A stretch of 64,000 nt of DNA from Octopus sinensis (lineage: Eukaryota), in contig NC_043025.1 in NCBI RefSeq assembly GCF_006345805.1, forward strand, positions 3,162,001-3,226,000, read 5' to 3'. Under the pieces are notes generated by a model. The model was not told the origin of the DNA and did not search any database. It saw only the letters and a list, made by a program, of their open reading frames with translations. Positions 47,701 to 61,850 of the stretch are shown in pieces; position 1 is the first letter of the stretch; every line of letters begins with the position of its first letter. The position numbers were made by a program, and so were the translations under genes.

Positions 47701-49842
47701 TCACTTTTCACAGATTATCTCATTATATTACACCCCAGAAAAATCTATGTCAATAGATGGGTAGAAAGAATCATGTCCATAGTGCCCACTACACAACATG
47801 TGAAGACCTTGGAGCGGCTGCAAATACTGATTTTATTGAGAATCTCCTCTGTGCTAACATAGACGAGAAGAAGAAGAAAGAAGTTGAAGAGGAAAAAGAA
47901 ATAGAAAGAATGTGAAGGGGAAAAAGAAGCAGTAGAACAAGAAGGAGAAGAAGAAGTAGTAGTAGAAGAAGGAGAAGAAGAAGAAGAAGAGGAGAAGAAA
48001 TAAAAAAAGAGTAGAAGAAGAAAAAGAAGAAACAGAAGAAGAAAAAGAGAAGAAAACGAAGAAAAAGAGAAGAAGAAGAAGAAGAAGACGAAGAAAAGAA
48101 GAAGAAGAAGAGAAGAAGAGGAAGAAGGGAAGATGACGAAGATGAAGAAACGAAGAAAAAGAAGTAGAAGAAGAAGATGAAGATGAAGAAGGAGAAGATG
48201 ACGAAGATGAAGTAGAAGAGAAGAAGAAGAAAAAGGAGGAGAAGAAGAAGAAGAAGAAAAAGGAGGAGAAGAAGAAGAAAAGAAGAAGAAGAAGAAGAAG
48301 AAGAAGAAGAAGAAGAAGACATTAATAATCGTAGTGTTCAAGAAGATGAAATAGAAAATGTAGTCAAAGAAATAACAGGAGATATTTTAGGGAGACGGAA
48401 GAAACGTTTGAGGGAGAGAACATGAAAGAAGAAAAATGAAGGAGGAGACTAAGGAGGCAAAGGAGACGAGGGCGAAAAAGAAGACGAAGAAGAGAAAGAT
48501 TTGGAAGATGAGAAAAAGAAGGATAAGGAGAATTAGAAGAAGAAGAAGGAGAAGAAGAAGAATGAAGAAGAAGAGAAGAAAAAGAAGAAGAAAAGAAGAA
48601 GAGAAGAGAAGAAGAGAAGGGAAGAAGAAGAAGAATGAGTAGGACACAAAGCAAAAGAACAAGAATAGGAGAAGACGAGGAGTAAGAGGGCAGCTTGAGG
48701 TGGATGAGGGGATTTGAAGGAGTGAGGAATTAAAATATATTATGAGATGGAGAATAGAACATTAGAGAGGGAGGAGAGGAGATGAGAGGGAGACGGGTTT
48801 TATTATATTGGACTTTGTTCATTGGCAGAGGATGTTGAGGAAGAGGAGATTCGTTGGATGAATGAGAATCAGGATAAGGAAGGAGAATTTGAAGAAGCCG
48901 AAAGCACGGAGTAATTTTATCAAAAAAGAGAATATGACGAAAAAGAAGGAGAAATGTAGAAGAAGAAGAAGGGAAGAAGAAGAAGAATGAGTAGGACAAC
49001 AAAGCAAAGAACAAGAATAGGGAGAAGGACGAGGAGAAGAGGGCAGCTTGAGGTGGAGGAGGGGATTTGAAGGAGGAGGAGGAAAAAGAAGATGAGGAGA
49101 GGGAGAAGAGAAAAGAGAGGGGAGGAGAGGAGAGGAGAGGGAGAAGGGTTGATGAGAGGGAGGGGATGGCAGAGGAGGTTGAGGAAGAGGAGATCGGGGG
49201 ATGAATGAGAAGTGAAGGATAAGGAAGGAGAAATGTGAAGAAGCAGAAAGCACGGGAGTAAGTTTATCAAAAAAGAGAAGAGGACGAAAAAGAAGGAGAA
49301 ATGTAGAAGAAGAAGAAGGGGATGACGAGGAAAAAGTAAAAGAAGAAAAAGAAGAAGAAGAAGAAGGAGAAGAAAAAAGAAGAAGAAGAAGAAGAAGAAG
49401 AAGAAGAAGAAGAAGAAGAAGAAGAAGAAGAAAAGAAGAAGAAGAAGAAGAAGAAGAAGAAGACATTAATAATCATAGTGTTCAAGAAGATTAAATAGAA
49501 AATGTAGTCAAAGAAATAAACGGAGATATTTTAGGGAGACGGAAGAAACGTTTGAGGGAGAGAACATGGCTGAAAACTCAGGGAATACAAATTTAATACA
49601 AATTTAAATACAAATCGTTGAAATTTGGGAATCCAAAATGAGTTAAAGTGTCAAGAATTGAAACAAAGCAACTGCAATAAAGGAACATTAAATTTGTCCT
49701 TTTATTTCAAATTCTCTCTCCATTCCTCCCTCTTTCTCTCATTGTGTCTTGCTCTCTTAATCCCACTTTGTATTTCCTAAATCATGTTCGGTTCCCGAGT
49801 TTGTTTACTGCAGTCCGAGAGTTTATACGGTTAAGAGTGTAT

Positions 49843-50870
49843 AGTTAGTTAGTTAATTTGGCTCAAAAGCAAATAGCAAGGCCATGTAGGGGGACATGGA
49901 GTTAAGTATAGGGTGGTGTTCATGTAAAGAATTCAGGCCACTTGAGGTCCAGGGAGGCTTTGAACAAAGCGGTCGTCGGCATCTTCACCATCTCGTCTGG
50001 CAGCTTGTTCCACGGATCCGCAACCCGGACGGAGAAATCTCCTGTCCTTCGATTAAGATGAAATCGTCGCAGGTAGAGCTTTTCGGAATGACTCCGCAGC
50101 CGACGCTCTGGAGCAGAGTGAAGACAGCTCTTTCGAGATGCTGTATGTCTTTGAGGAGATAAGGAGAAGAGGCTTGAATCCCATACTCCAATATGGGTCT
50201 CACCAGCGTGACATAGAGTGGTAGGAATATGGCTGCCGTGAGCATTCCGAATGACCGTCGAATCAAGAACAGAATTCCGCGTGCTTTGTTGGCAGCATGG
50301 ACGCACTGGGCCGAAGGCGAAAGGAGGAATCCACCCAATACCCAGGTCCTTTACCTGATCGGTCCTCTCCAGCAGCAGACGACCCGGCTCGAAATCAAGT
50401 TGAGTTGCAGGAGTAGAGCCGACAGGCAGATGACAGCACTTTGACACGTTCAACACAGGTCCCAATCGTTAGACCACTTCCAAATTTGGTGGAGGCATCG
50501 ACGAAGATCCTCTATATTACCGCGAGGAGCGACCAGTTTGATATCGTCGGCAAATAGAAGGGTGTGTTGCGTGAGGTCGTCGGGCAAGTCATTTATGAAG
50601 ACTAAGAACAACAAGGGCCCAAGCACTGAACCTTGAGGCACGCCACTGCTCGCACTGGAGACTTCGGACCGCGAACCATTACTTGGACTTGGAAGGAGCG
50701 ATCTGAGAGGAAGGCACCAACCCATCGTACAATATCCGATGGAAACTATATGCTTGAAACTTGACAAGTAATAGGCGGTGGTTTACCGAGTCAAAAGCTT
50801 TGGCAAAGTCCAATAAAACGATGTCAACAGCATCACTATCATCGAGGATGCGCGTCACCAATTCTTCCAT
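49843..50870 (-). mobile_element. CR1/Jockey-group LINE 3' fragment, copy 1, with (TAAC)n tail
   Basis: LDFAKAFDSVNH, GVPQGSVLGPLLFLVFINDLP, LFADDIKL, VKDLGI, LVRPILEY, PWNKLP. Confidence 0.9.
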
Positions 50871-53537
50871 TACTAGTATATATCATCATCAAATATTACT
50901 TCAAACAGAGTATCAGAAACTGAACGAACTTACAATGTCTTTAAATTCTTAACCGCGTGAATATACCTTGTTTGATGGTTGAAATGTTGTTGGCACCAAG
51001 ATACCTGTTGCAGTAAAGAACGAGTAAAAATTATTAAATGGGAAAATATTTGTGATACTACAAAAAGAAGAAGAAGAAGAAGAAGAAGAAGAAGGATGAG
51101 GAGAAGAAGAAGGAGAAGAAGAAGAAGAAGAAGAAGAAGAAGAAGAAGAAGAAGAAGAAGAAGAAGAAGAAGAATCAGGCGAAATTATTTCATGGAAGTG
51201 TGGACAAATAACCACACGGCACCACAGAATAAAGACAACAATGTGAAACAAACAACAGTAGAATATACATAAGTATTATATTAACACTGCAGACACACTC
51301 ATACATATATGAACATACACGTTTTCAGGAATAAACTTTTGATGCAGACAATTATCAACAGATAGTCATTGTCATGTTCAGACACAATCAAATAAATATA
51401 GCACGAATATGAAAAGTGATTATGACTTCAAGTAATAGGGAGTGAGAACAAATAGAAATCAGGGAATATTTAAATTAAAGACACATTATATTCCTCATGT
51501 ATAAACGACAACATTGAAAGGACTTACAGAGTTTCTAAGCTGTGAAGGTCTTGAAACATTACTTTCTCAATGTTCGAAATTTTATTGTTCTGAAGATATC
51601 TGAAGCAGGAAAAAATGTTGCTTATTTTGACGTAGTATGGAATTGCAATAAAATATGAAATATTGTTCTTTTTGTATAGGAAGAAAACCATAGGAAAATA
51701 AAATGACAAGAAGAAGATGAAGAAGATGAAGAGGAAGAAGAAGAAGAAGAAGAAGAAGAAGATGAAGAAAAAGAAGGTAGAAGAAGAAGAAGAAGGTAGA
51801 GGAGGAGGAGGAGGAGAGAAGAAGAAGAAGAAGAAGAAGAAGAAGAAGGTGGAGGAGGAGGAGGAGAAGAAGAAGAGAAGAAAAAGAAGAAGATGAAGAA
51901 AAAGAAAAAGGTACAGGAGGAGGAGGAGGAGATGGAGGAGGAGGAGGAGGAGGAAAATAAGAACCAGGTGGAGGAGAAGAAGAAGAAGTAGAAGAAGATG
52001 AAGAAAAACGAGAAGGTAGAAGAGGAGGAGCATGAGGTAAAGGAGGAGGAGGAGGAGGATAGCGATGATGCGAAGAAGAAGAAGAAGAAGAAGAAGAAGA
52101 AGAAGAAGATAAAGAAGAAAAGAAGAAGAATAGAAGATGAAGGAAGAGTAGAAGAAGAAGAAGAAGAAGAAGAAGAAAGAGCAGGAGAAGAAGGAGAAGA
52201 AGGAGAAGAAGAAGAAGAAGAAGAAGAAGCAGAAGAAATAGATGATTAAGAATAGTATTAGAGGAAGAAGAAGAAAAAGAGATGAGAGGTGTTAAGAAGA
52301 AGAAAAAGAAGAGAAGAAGAAGAAGAAGTAGAAGAAGAAGAAGTCGAAGAAGAATAAGAAGAAGAAGAAGAAGACGAAGAAGAAGAAGAAGAAGAAGACG
52401 AAGAAGAAGAAGAAGAAGAAGAAGAAGAAGAAGAAGAAAAAGATGATGACGAAGAAAAAGAAGAAGAAGAAAAGAAGAAGAAGAAGAAGAAGAAGTAGAA
52501 GAAGAAAAGAAGAAGAAGAAGAACAACAACAACAACAACAAGATCAAGTCGAACAAGATTATAAGAAGGAAACAAGAAGAAGATGTGCACTCTGAAAGTT
52601 TATTCGTTTCTGGGAGAAAATATATCAGCATCAAAGTATACATTTAGATAATAGTATTAAGAAACTGAACGAACTTACAATGTTTTTAATTCGAAATCCC
52701 CGTGAAGGTACCTTCTTCGATGGTTGAAATGTAGTTATCTCGCAGATCTCTATAGCAGTAAAGAGTAAAATAAATTATATGGAAAATATTTGTGATACAT
52801 CAAACATTGCGGCTTTACAATGAAAGAGGAAAAGAAAAAAGATAACGAGAAGAAAAGAAAAAGAAAAGAAGAAGAAGAAGAATAAGATTAGAAGAAGAAG
52901 AAGAGAAGAAGAAGAAGAAGACGAAGAAAGAGAAGAAGAAGAATAAGATAAAGAAGAAGAAGAAGAAGAAGAAGAAGAACAAGAAGAAGAAGAAGAAGAA
53001 GAAGAAGAAGAAGAAGAAGAAGAAGAAACAAATATAAACTAATGGATTGATTTAGTCACATTTCAAATAAAAATCGTTGAAATTTGAGGTGCAAAATCGA
53101 AGTGAAACAAAGCAACTGCAATAAAGGAACATAAAATTTTTCCTATTATTTCATGTTCTCTCTCAATTTTTCACACTTTCTCTCACTATGTCTCGCACTC
53201 TTTCTCCCTGTTTGTATCTTCCAAACTCCTGTTCGGTCCCCAAATTTGAATTGATTTTGCTTATTGCAGTCAGAAAGTTCATACATTTGTGAGTATATAT
53301 ATCAGCATTATTTATTACTTTCAGAAATTATTATCAAGAAACTGAACGAACTTACAATGTCGTCAAATTCGAAAGCCCATTGAATATACCTTGTTTCAAG
53401 GTTGAAATTTTGTTGCTGTCAAGATCTCTATAGAAGTAAAGAAAGAGTAAAATAAATTATACGGAAAATATTTGTGATGAAGCGTCAAACAATATGGATT
53501 TAGAATGAAAGGAAGGAAAAAAAGACATATACAGTAC

Positions 53538-53571
<34 letters not shown>

Positions 53572-54446
53572 AGAAGAAGAAGAAGAAAAGAAGAAGAAGA
53601 AGAACAACAACAACAACAACAAGATCAAGTCGAACAAGATTAAGAAGAAGGAAACAAGAAGAAGATAGTGCACTCTGAAAGTTTATTCGTTTCTGGGAGA
53701 AAATATATCAGCATCAAAGTATACATTTAGATAATAGTATTAAGAAACTGAACGAACTTACAATGTTTTTAAATTCGAAATCCCCGTGAAGGTACATTCT
53801 TCGATGGTTGAAATGTAGTTATCTCGCAGATCTCTATAGCAGTAAAGAGTAAAATAAATTATATGGAAAATATTTGTGATACATCAAACATTGCGGCTTT
53901 ACAATGAAAGAAGGAAAAAGAAAAAAGATAACGAAGAAGAAAAGAAGAAGATGAAGTAGAAGATGAAGAAGTAGAAGAAGAAGAAGCAGAAGAAGAAGAA
54001 GAAGAAGAAGAAGAAGAAGAAGAAGAAGAAGAAGAAGAAGAAGAAGAAGAAGAAGAAGAAGAAGAAGAAGACATTAATAATCATAGTGTTCAAGATGTTT
54101 AAATAGAAAATGTAGTCAAAGAAATAAACGGAGTTATTTTAGGGAGACGGAAGAAACGTTTGAGGAGAGAACATGGCTGAAAACTCAGGGAATACAAATT
54201 TAATACAATTTAAATACAAATCGTTGAAATTTGGGAATCAAAATGAGTTAAAGTGTCAAGAATTGAAACAAAGCAACTGCAATAAAGAACATTAAATTGT
54301 CCTTTTATTTCAAATTCTCTCTCCATTCCTCCCTCTTTCTCTCATTGTGTCTTGCTCTCTTAATCCCACTTTGTATTTCCTAAATCATGTCCGGTTCCCG
54401 AGTTTGTTTGGTGCCATGTCCGAGAGTTTATACGGTTTAGAGTGTA

Positions 54447-55495
54447 TAGTTAGTTAGTTAGTTAGTTAGTTAATTTGGCTCAAAAGCAAATTGCAAGGCC
54501 ATGTAGGGGGACATGGAGTTAAGTATAGGGTGGTGTTCATGTAAATTCAGGCCACTTGAGGTCCAGGGAGGCTTTGAACAAAGCGGTCGTCGATCTTCTC
54601 ATCACCATCTCGTCTGGCAGCTTGTTCCACGGATCCGCAACCCGGACGGTGAAATCTCCTGTCCTTCGACTAAGATGAAATCGTCGCAGGTAGAGCTTTT
54701 CGGATGACTCCGCAGCCGACGCTCTGGAGCATGAGTGAAGAACAGCTCTTTCGAGATGCTGTATGTCTTTGAGGAGATAAGGAGAAGAGGCTTGAATCCC
54801 ATACTCCAATATGGGTGTCACCAGCGTGACATAGAGTGGTAGGAATATGGCTGCCGTGAGCATTCCGAATGACCGTCGAATCAAGAACAGAATTCCGCGT
54901 GCTTTGTTGGCAGCATGGACGCACTGGACCGAAGGCGAAAAGGAGGAATCCACCAAGATACCCAGGTCCTTTACCTGATCGGTCCTCTCCAGCAGCAGAC
55001 GACCCGGCTCGAAATCAAGTTGAGTTGCAGGAGTAGAGCCGACAGGCAGATGACAGCACTTTGACACGTTCAGACACAGGTCCCAATCGTTAGACCCTTC
55101 CAATTTGTTGGAGGCATCGACGAAGATCCTCTATATTACCGCGAGGAGCGACGACCAGTTTGATATCGTCGGCAAATAGAAGGTGTGTGTTGCGTGAGGT
55201 CGTCAGGCAAGTCATTTATGAAGACTAAGAACAACAAGGGCCCAAGCACTGAACCTTGAGGCACGCCACTGCTCGCACTGGAGACTTCGGACCGCGAACC
55301 ATTTACTTGGACGTGGAAGGAGCGATCTGAGAGGAAGGCACCAACCCATCGTACAATATCCGGATGGAAACTATATGCTTGAAACTTGACAAGTAATAGG
55401 CGGTGGTTTACCGAGTCAAAAGCTTTGGCAAAGTCCAATAAAACGATGTCAACAGCATCACTATCATCGAGGATGCGCGTCACCAATTCTTCATT
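54447..55495 (-). mobile_element. CR1/Jockey-group LINE 3' fragment, copy 2
   Basis: Same motifs, same 5' truncation and same internal deletion as copy 1. Confidence 0.9.
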
Positions 55496-58400
55496 ACTAG
55501 TATATATCATCATCAATATTACTTTCAAACAGAGTATCAGGAAACTGAACGAACTTACAATGTCTTTAAATTCTTAAACCGCGTGAATATACCTTGTTTG
55601 ATGGTTGAAATGTTGTTGGCACCAAGATACCTGTTGCAGTAAAGAACGAGTAAAAATATTAAATGGGAAAATATTTGTGATACTACAAAAAAAGAAGAAG
55701 AAGAAGAGAAGAAGAAGAAGAGAGAAGAGAAGAAGAAGGAGAAGGGAAAAGAGAAGAAGAAGAGAAGAAGAAGGAGGAGGAGAAGAGAAGAAGAAGAAGA
55801 AGGAAAGAAGAAGAAGAAGAAGAGAAGAAGAAGAAGAAAAGAAGAAGGAGAAGAAGAAGAAGAATCAGGCGAAATTATTTCATGGAAGTGTGGACAATAA
55901 CCACACGGCACCACAGAATAAAGAGAACAATGTGAACACAAACAACAGTAGAATATACATAAGTATTATATTAACACTGCAGACACACTCATACATATAT
56001 GAACATACACGTTTTCAGGAATAAACTTTTGATGCAGACAATTATCAACAGATAGTCATTGACATGTTCAGACACAATCAAATAATATAGCACGAATATG
56101 AAAAGTGATTATGACTTCAAGTAATAGGGAGTGAGAACAAATAGAAATCAGGGAATATTTAAATTAAAGACACATTATATCCTCATGTATAAACGACAAC
56201 ATTGAAAGGACTTACAGATTTTGTAAGCTGTGAAGGTCTTGAAACTTACTTTCTCAACGTTCGAAATTTTTTGTTCTGAAGATTTCTGAAGCAGGAAAAA
56301 TGTTGCTTATTTTGACGTAGTATGGAATTGCAATAAAATATGAAATATTGTTCGTTTGTATAGGAAGAAAACCATAGGAAAATAAAATGACAAGAAGAAG
56401 ATGAAGAAGATGAAGAGAAGAGAAGAGAAGAAGAAGAAGAAGAAGAAGAAGAAAGAAGAAGAAGATGAAGAAAAAGAAGAAGAAGAAGAAGGTAGAGGTG
56501 GAGGAGGAGGAGGAGAAGAAGAAGAAGAAGAAGAAGAAGAAGGAGGAGGAGGAGGAGGAGGAGGAGAAGGAGAAGAAAAAGAAAAAGACAAAGAAGATGA
56601 AGAAAAAGAAGAAGAAGAAGAAGAAGAAGATAGAGGAGGAGGAGGAGGAAAAGAAGAACCAGGTGGAGGAGAAGAAGAAGAAGAAGTAGAAGATGAAGAA
56701 AACGAGAAGGTAGAAGAGGAGGAGCATGAGGTAAAGGAGGAGGAGGAGGAGGAGGATGATGATGCGAGGAAGAAGAAGAAGAAGAAGATAAAGAAGAAAA
56801 GAAGAAGAATAGAAGAAGAAGGAAGAGGAGAAGAAGAAGAAGAAGAAGGAGAAGAAGAAAGAGAAGGAGGAGAAGGAGAAGCAGGAGAAGAAGAAGAAGA
56901 AGAAGAAGAAGAAGAAATAGATGATTAAGAATAGTATTAGAGGAAGAAGAAAAAAAAGAGATGAGAGGTGTTAAGAAGAAGAAAAAGAAGAGAAGAAGAA
57001 GAAGAAGAAGAAGAAGAAGAAGACGAAGAAGAAGAATAAGAAGAAGAAGAAGAAGAAGAAGAAGAAAAAGAAAATGAAGGAGGAAGAGATGAAGGAGGCA
57101 GAGGAGACAGGGAGATAAAGAAGAATAAGAAGAAGAAGAAGAAGGAAATACGAAGAATAGAAGTACGGAGAAGAAGAAAAGAAAGAATTAGAAGAAGAAG
57201 AAGAAGAAGAAGAAGAACAACACAACAACAACAACACAACAATAACAAAACCACAAGAGAAAGGAGAAGGAGAAGAAGAAGAAGAAAAGAAGAAGAGAAT
57301 AGAGAAGAAGATTAGAGTATGAGAAGAAGACCGAGAAGAAGAAGAAGAAAAGAGTAAAACGGGGGGGATGAGAGAAGAAGAAGAAGAAGAAGAGGAAAAA
57401 GAATAAGAAGAAGAAGAAAATAAAATGAAGGAGGAGGAGATGAAGGAGGCAGAGGAGACAGGGATAAAAGAAATTAAGAAGAAGAAGAAGAAGAGGAAGA
57501 AGAAGAAGGAAGACTAAGAATAGAAAGATACGGAAGAACAAAAGAAAGAATTAGAAGAAGAAGAAGGAGAAGAGAAGAGAAAATAAGAAGAAGAGAAGAA
57601 CAACAACAACAACAACAACACAACAATAACAAAACCACAAGAGAAAGTCTAATAAGAATAAAAGAATATAGAATAAGAAGAAGGAGAAGACGAAGAATAG
57701 AAAGATAGGGAAGAAGAAAGAAGAATTGAAAATAAGAGTAGAAGAAGAATAAGAAGGAAAAAAGAATAGAAACAACAACAACAACAACAACAATACAAAA
57801 ACCACAAGAGATTGATGAGAAGAAGATAAGAAGAATAATAAGAAGAAAAAGAAGAAGGAAGAGGAGGAGGAGAAGAAGACCGAGAATTAGAAGAAGAATA
57901 AGAAGAATAAGAATAGAAGAAGTAAAACGGTTTAGGATAAGAAAATAATAGAAGAAGAATAAGAGAAGAAGAATAATAAGAAGAAGATAATAAGAATAAG
58001 AAGAATAAAAGAAGAGAAGAAGAAGAAGAAGAAGAAGAATAAGAGAATAATAATAATAAGAAGAAGAATAAGAAGAATAAGAAGATAAAACAATGTTGCT
58101 TAGTTTGACATATTATGAATTGGCAAAATATATTAAATATTGTTCTTTATGTATCAGGAACAATATTATACGAAAATATAAGAAAGATAAGATGAGATAA
58201 GAGAAGAAGAAGAAGAAGAAGAAGAAGTAGGAGAAGAAGAAGGAGAAAAGAGAAGAAGAAGAAGAAGAATAAGAAGAAGAGAAGAAGAAGAAGGAGAAGA
58301 AATAAGAAGAAGAAGAAGAATGGAAGAAGAAGAAGAAGAAGAAGAAGAAAGAAGAAGGGAAGAAGAAGAAGAAGAAGAATAAGAAGAAGAAGGAGAAGAA

Positions 58401-60555
58401 ACAAATATAAACTAATGGATTGATTTTGTCACATTTCAATAAAATCGTTGAAATTTGAGGTGCAAAATCGAAGTGAAACAAAGCAACTGCAATAAAGGAA
58501 CATAAAATTTTTCCTATTATTTCATGTTCTCTCTCAATTTTTCACACTTTCTCCCACTATGTCTCGTCGCACTCTTTCTCCCTATTTGTATCTTCCAAAC
58601 TCCTGTTCGGTCCCCAAATTTGAATTGATTTTGCTTATTGCAGTCAGAAAGTTCATACATTTGTGATATATATATCAGCATTATTTATTATTTCAGAATT
58701 ATTATCAAGAAACTGAACGAACTTACAATGTCGTCAAATTCGAAAGCCCATTGAATATACCTTGTTTCAAGCTGAAATTTGTTGCTGTCAAGATCTCTAT
58801 AGAAGTAAAGAAAGAGTAAAATAAATTATACAGAAAATATTTGTGATGAAGCGTCAAACAATATGGATTTAGAATGAAAGGAAGAAAAAAAAAGACATAT
58901 ACAGTACAAGAAGAAGAAGAAGAAGGAGACGAAATAAGACGAGGAGGAGGAGAGGAAGGGAGGAGAAAGGGGGAGGAAAAGAAGAATAAAATGAAGATGG
59001 AGGAGGAGGAGGAGGACGAAGAGGGGGAAGAGAAGAATGCGGGGAGAAGGAGTAAAATGAGGGTGAAGTAGGAGAGGCGAGGAGGAGAGAGAAGGAGAGA
59101 TGAGAGGAGGGGCAGAATGGGCAGGAGGAGGAGGCGAATGAGAAAAAGAGAAACAAGTAGAAGAGAAAGAAAAAGAAGGAGGAAATTAAAGGAGCAGAAT
59201 GTACGGGAGTAAGTTTATGAAAAAAGAGTAGAAGAAGAAGAAGGAGAAGAAGAAGAAGAAGAAGAAGAAAAAGAAAAGAAGAAGAAGAAGAGGAAGAAGA
59301 AAAAAAAAGAAGGAAGAGGAGGAGGAGGAAGAAGAAGAGGAGGAGGAGGAGGAGGTGGATGAGGTGGAGGAAGTGTAGAAGAAGAAGCAGGTGGAGGAGG
59401 AGATGAAAAGGAAGAAGACGTAGAAGAAGATGAAGAAGAAGAACGAGGAGTTAGAAGAGGAGGAGCATGAGGTAAAAAGGAGGGAGGAGAGAGGAGGGCA
59501 ATGATGCGAGGAAAAAAGAAGAAGAAGAAGAAGAAGATGAAGAAAAACGAGAAGGTAGAAGAGGAGGAGCATGAGGTAAAGAGGAGAGGAGTAGAGGAGG
59601 TAGAATTGCCGATGATGCGAGGAAGAAGAGAAGAAGAAGAAGAAGAAGATAAAGAAGAAAAGAAGAAGAATAGAAGAAGAAGGAAGAGGAAGAAGAAGAA
59701 GAAGAAAGAAGAAAGAGAAGGAGAAGAAGGAAAGAAGAAGAAGAAGAAGAAGAAGAAAAAGAAATAGATGATTAAGAATAGTATTAGAGGAAGAAGAAGA
59801 AACAGAGATGAAGTTTGTTAAGAAGAAAAAAGATAGAAGAAGAATAAGAAGAAGAGAAGAAGAAAAGAAAGAAGAAGAAAAGAAGAAAAGAAAAGAAAAG
59901 AAGAAGACGATAAGAAGAAAATAAGAAGAATAAGAAGAAGAGAAGACGAGAAGATGAAGAAGAAGAAGAAGCAGAAGAAGAAGAAGACATAGTTGAACAA
60001 GCAGAAGTATAAAGAAGAAATATTAGAAGAAGAAGAAAAAGACATGAGAGGAGGTAAAGAAGAAGAAGAAGAAGAAGAAGAAGAAGAAGAAGAAGAAGAA
60101 GAAGAAGAAGAAGAAGAAGAAGAAGAAAAAAAAGAAGAAGGATTGAAGAAGTAGAAGAAGAAGAAGAAGAAGAAGACATTAATAATCATAGTGTTCAAGA
60201 AGATTAAATAGAAAATGTAGTCAAAGAAATAAACGGAGATAATTTAGGGAGACTGGAGAAACGTTTGAGGGAGAGAACATGGCTGAAAACTCAGGGAATA
60301 CAAATTTAATACAAATTTAAATACAAATCGTTGAAATTTGGGAATCCAAAATGAGTTAAAGTGTCAAGAATTGAAACAAAGCAACTGCAATAAAGGAACA
60401 TTAAATTTGTCCTTTTATTTCAAATTCTCTCTCCATTCCTCCCTCTTTCTCTCATTGTGTCTTGCTCTCTTAATCCCACTTTGTATTTCCTAAATCATGT
60501 TCGGTTCCCGAGTTTGTTTACTGCAGTCCGAGAGTTTATACGGTTAAGAGTGTAT

Positions 60556-61850
60556 AGTTAGTTAGTTAGTTAGTTAATTTGGCTCAAAAGCAAATTGCAA
60601 GGACATGTAGGGGGACATGGAGTTAAGTATAGGGTGGTGTTCATGTAAAGAATTCAGGCCACTTGAGGTCCAGGGAGGCTTTGAACAAAGCGGTCGTCGG
60701 CATCTTCACCATCTCGTCTGGCAGCTTGTTCCACGGATCCGCAACCCGGACGAAGAAATCTCCTGTCCTTCGATTAAGATGAAATCGTCGCAGGTAGAGC
60801 TTTTCGGAATGACTCCGCAGCCGACGCTCTGGAGCAGGAGTGAAGAACAGCTCTTTCGAGATGCTGTATGTCTTTGAGGAGATAAGGAGAAGAGGCTTGA
60901 ATCCCATACTCCAATATGGGTCTCACCAGCGTGACATAGAGTGGTAGGAATATGGCTGCCGTGAGCATTCCGAATGACCGTCGAATCAAGAACAGAATTC
61001 CGCGTGCTTTGTTGGCAGCATGGACGCACTGCCGAAGGCGAAAAGGAGGAATCCACCAAGATACCCAGGTCCTTTACCTGATCGGTCCTCTCCAGCAGCA
61101 GACGACCCGGCTCGAAATCAAGTTGAGTTGCAGGAGTAGAGCCGACAGGCAGATGACAATTATCAACAATAGTCATTGACATGTTCAGACACAATCAAAT
61201 AATATAGCACGAATATGAAAAGTGATTATGACTTCAAGTAATAGGAGTGAGAACAAATAGAAATCAGGAATATTTAAATTAAAGACACATTATATTCCTC
61301 ATGTATAAACGACAACATTCAAAGGACTTACAGAGTTTCTAAGCTGTGAAGGTTTTGAAACATTACTTTCTCAATGTTCGAAATTTTATTGTTCTTAAGA
61401 TATCTGAAGCAGAAAAACTTTGACACCGTTCAGACACGTCCCAATCGTTAGACCACTTTCAAATTTGGTGGAGGCATCGACGAAGATCCTCTATATTACC
61501 GCGAGGAGCGACCAGTTTGATATCGTCGGCAAATAGAAGGGTGTGTTGCGTGAGGTCGTCGGGCAAGTCATTATGAAGACTAAGAACAACAAGGGCCAAG
61601 CACTGAACCTTGAGGCACGCCACTGCTCGCACTGGAGACTTCGGACCGCGAACCATTTACTTGGACTTGGAAGGAGCGATCTGAGAGGAAGGCACCAACC
61701 CATCGTACAATATCCGGATGGAAACTATATGCTTGAAGCTTGACAAGTAATAGGCGGTGGTTTACCGAGTCAAAAGCTTTGGCAAAGTCCAATAAAACGA
61801 TGTCAACAGCATCACTATCATCGAGGATGCGCGTCACCAATTCTTCCATT
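60556..61850 (-). mobile_element. CR1/Jockey-group LINE 3' fragment, copy 3, interrupted by a ~260-bp insertion
   Basis: Same motifs. 61159-61417 is a copy of spacer block S. Confidence 0.88.
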
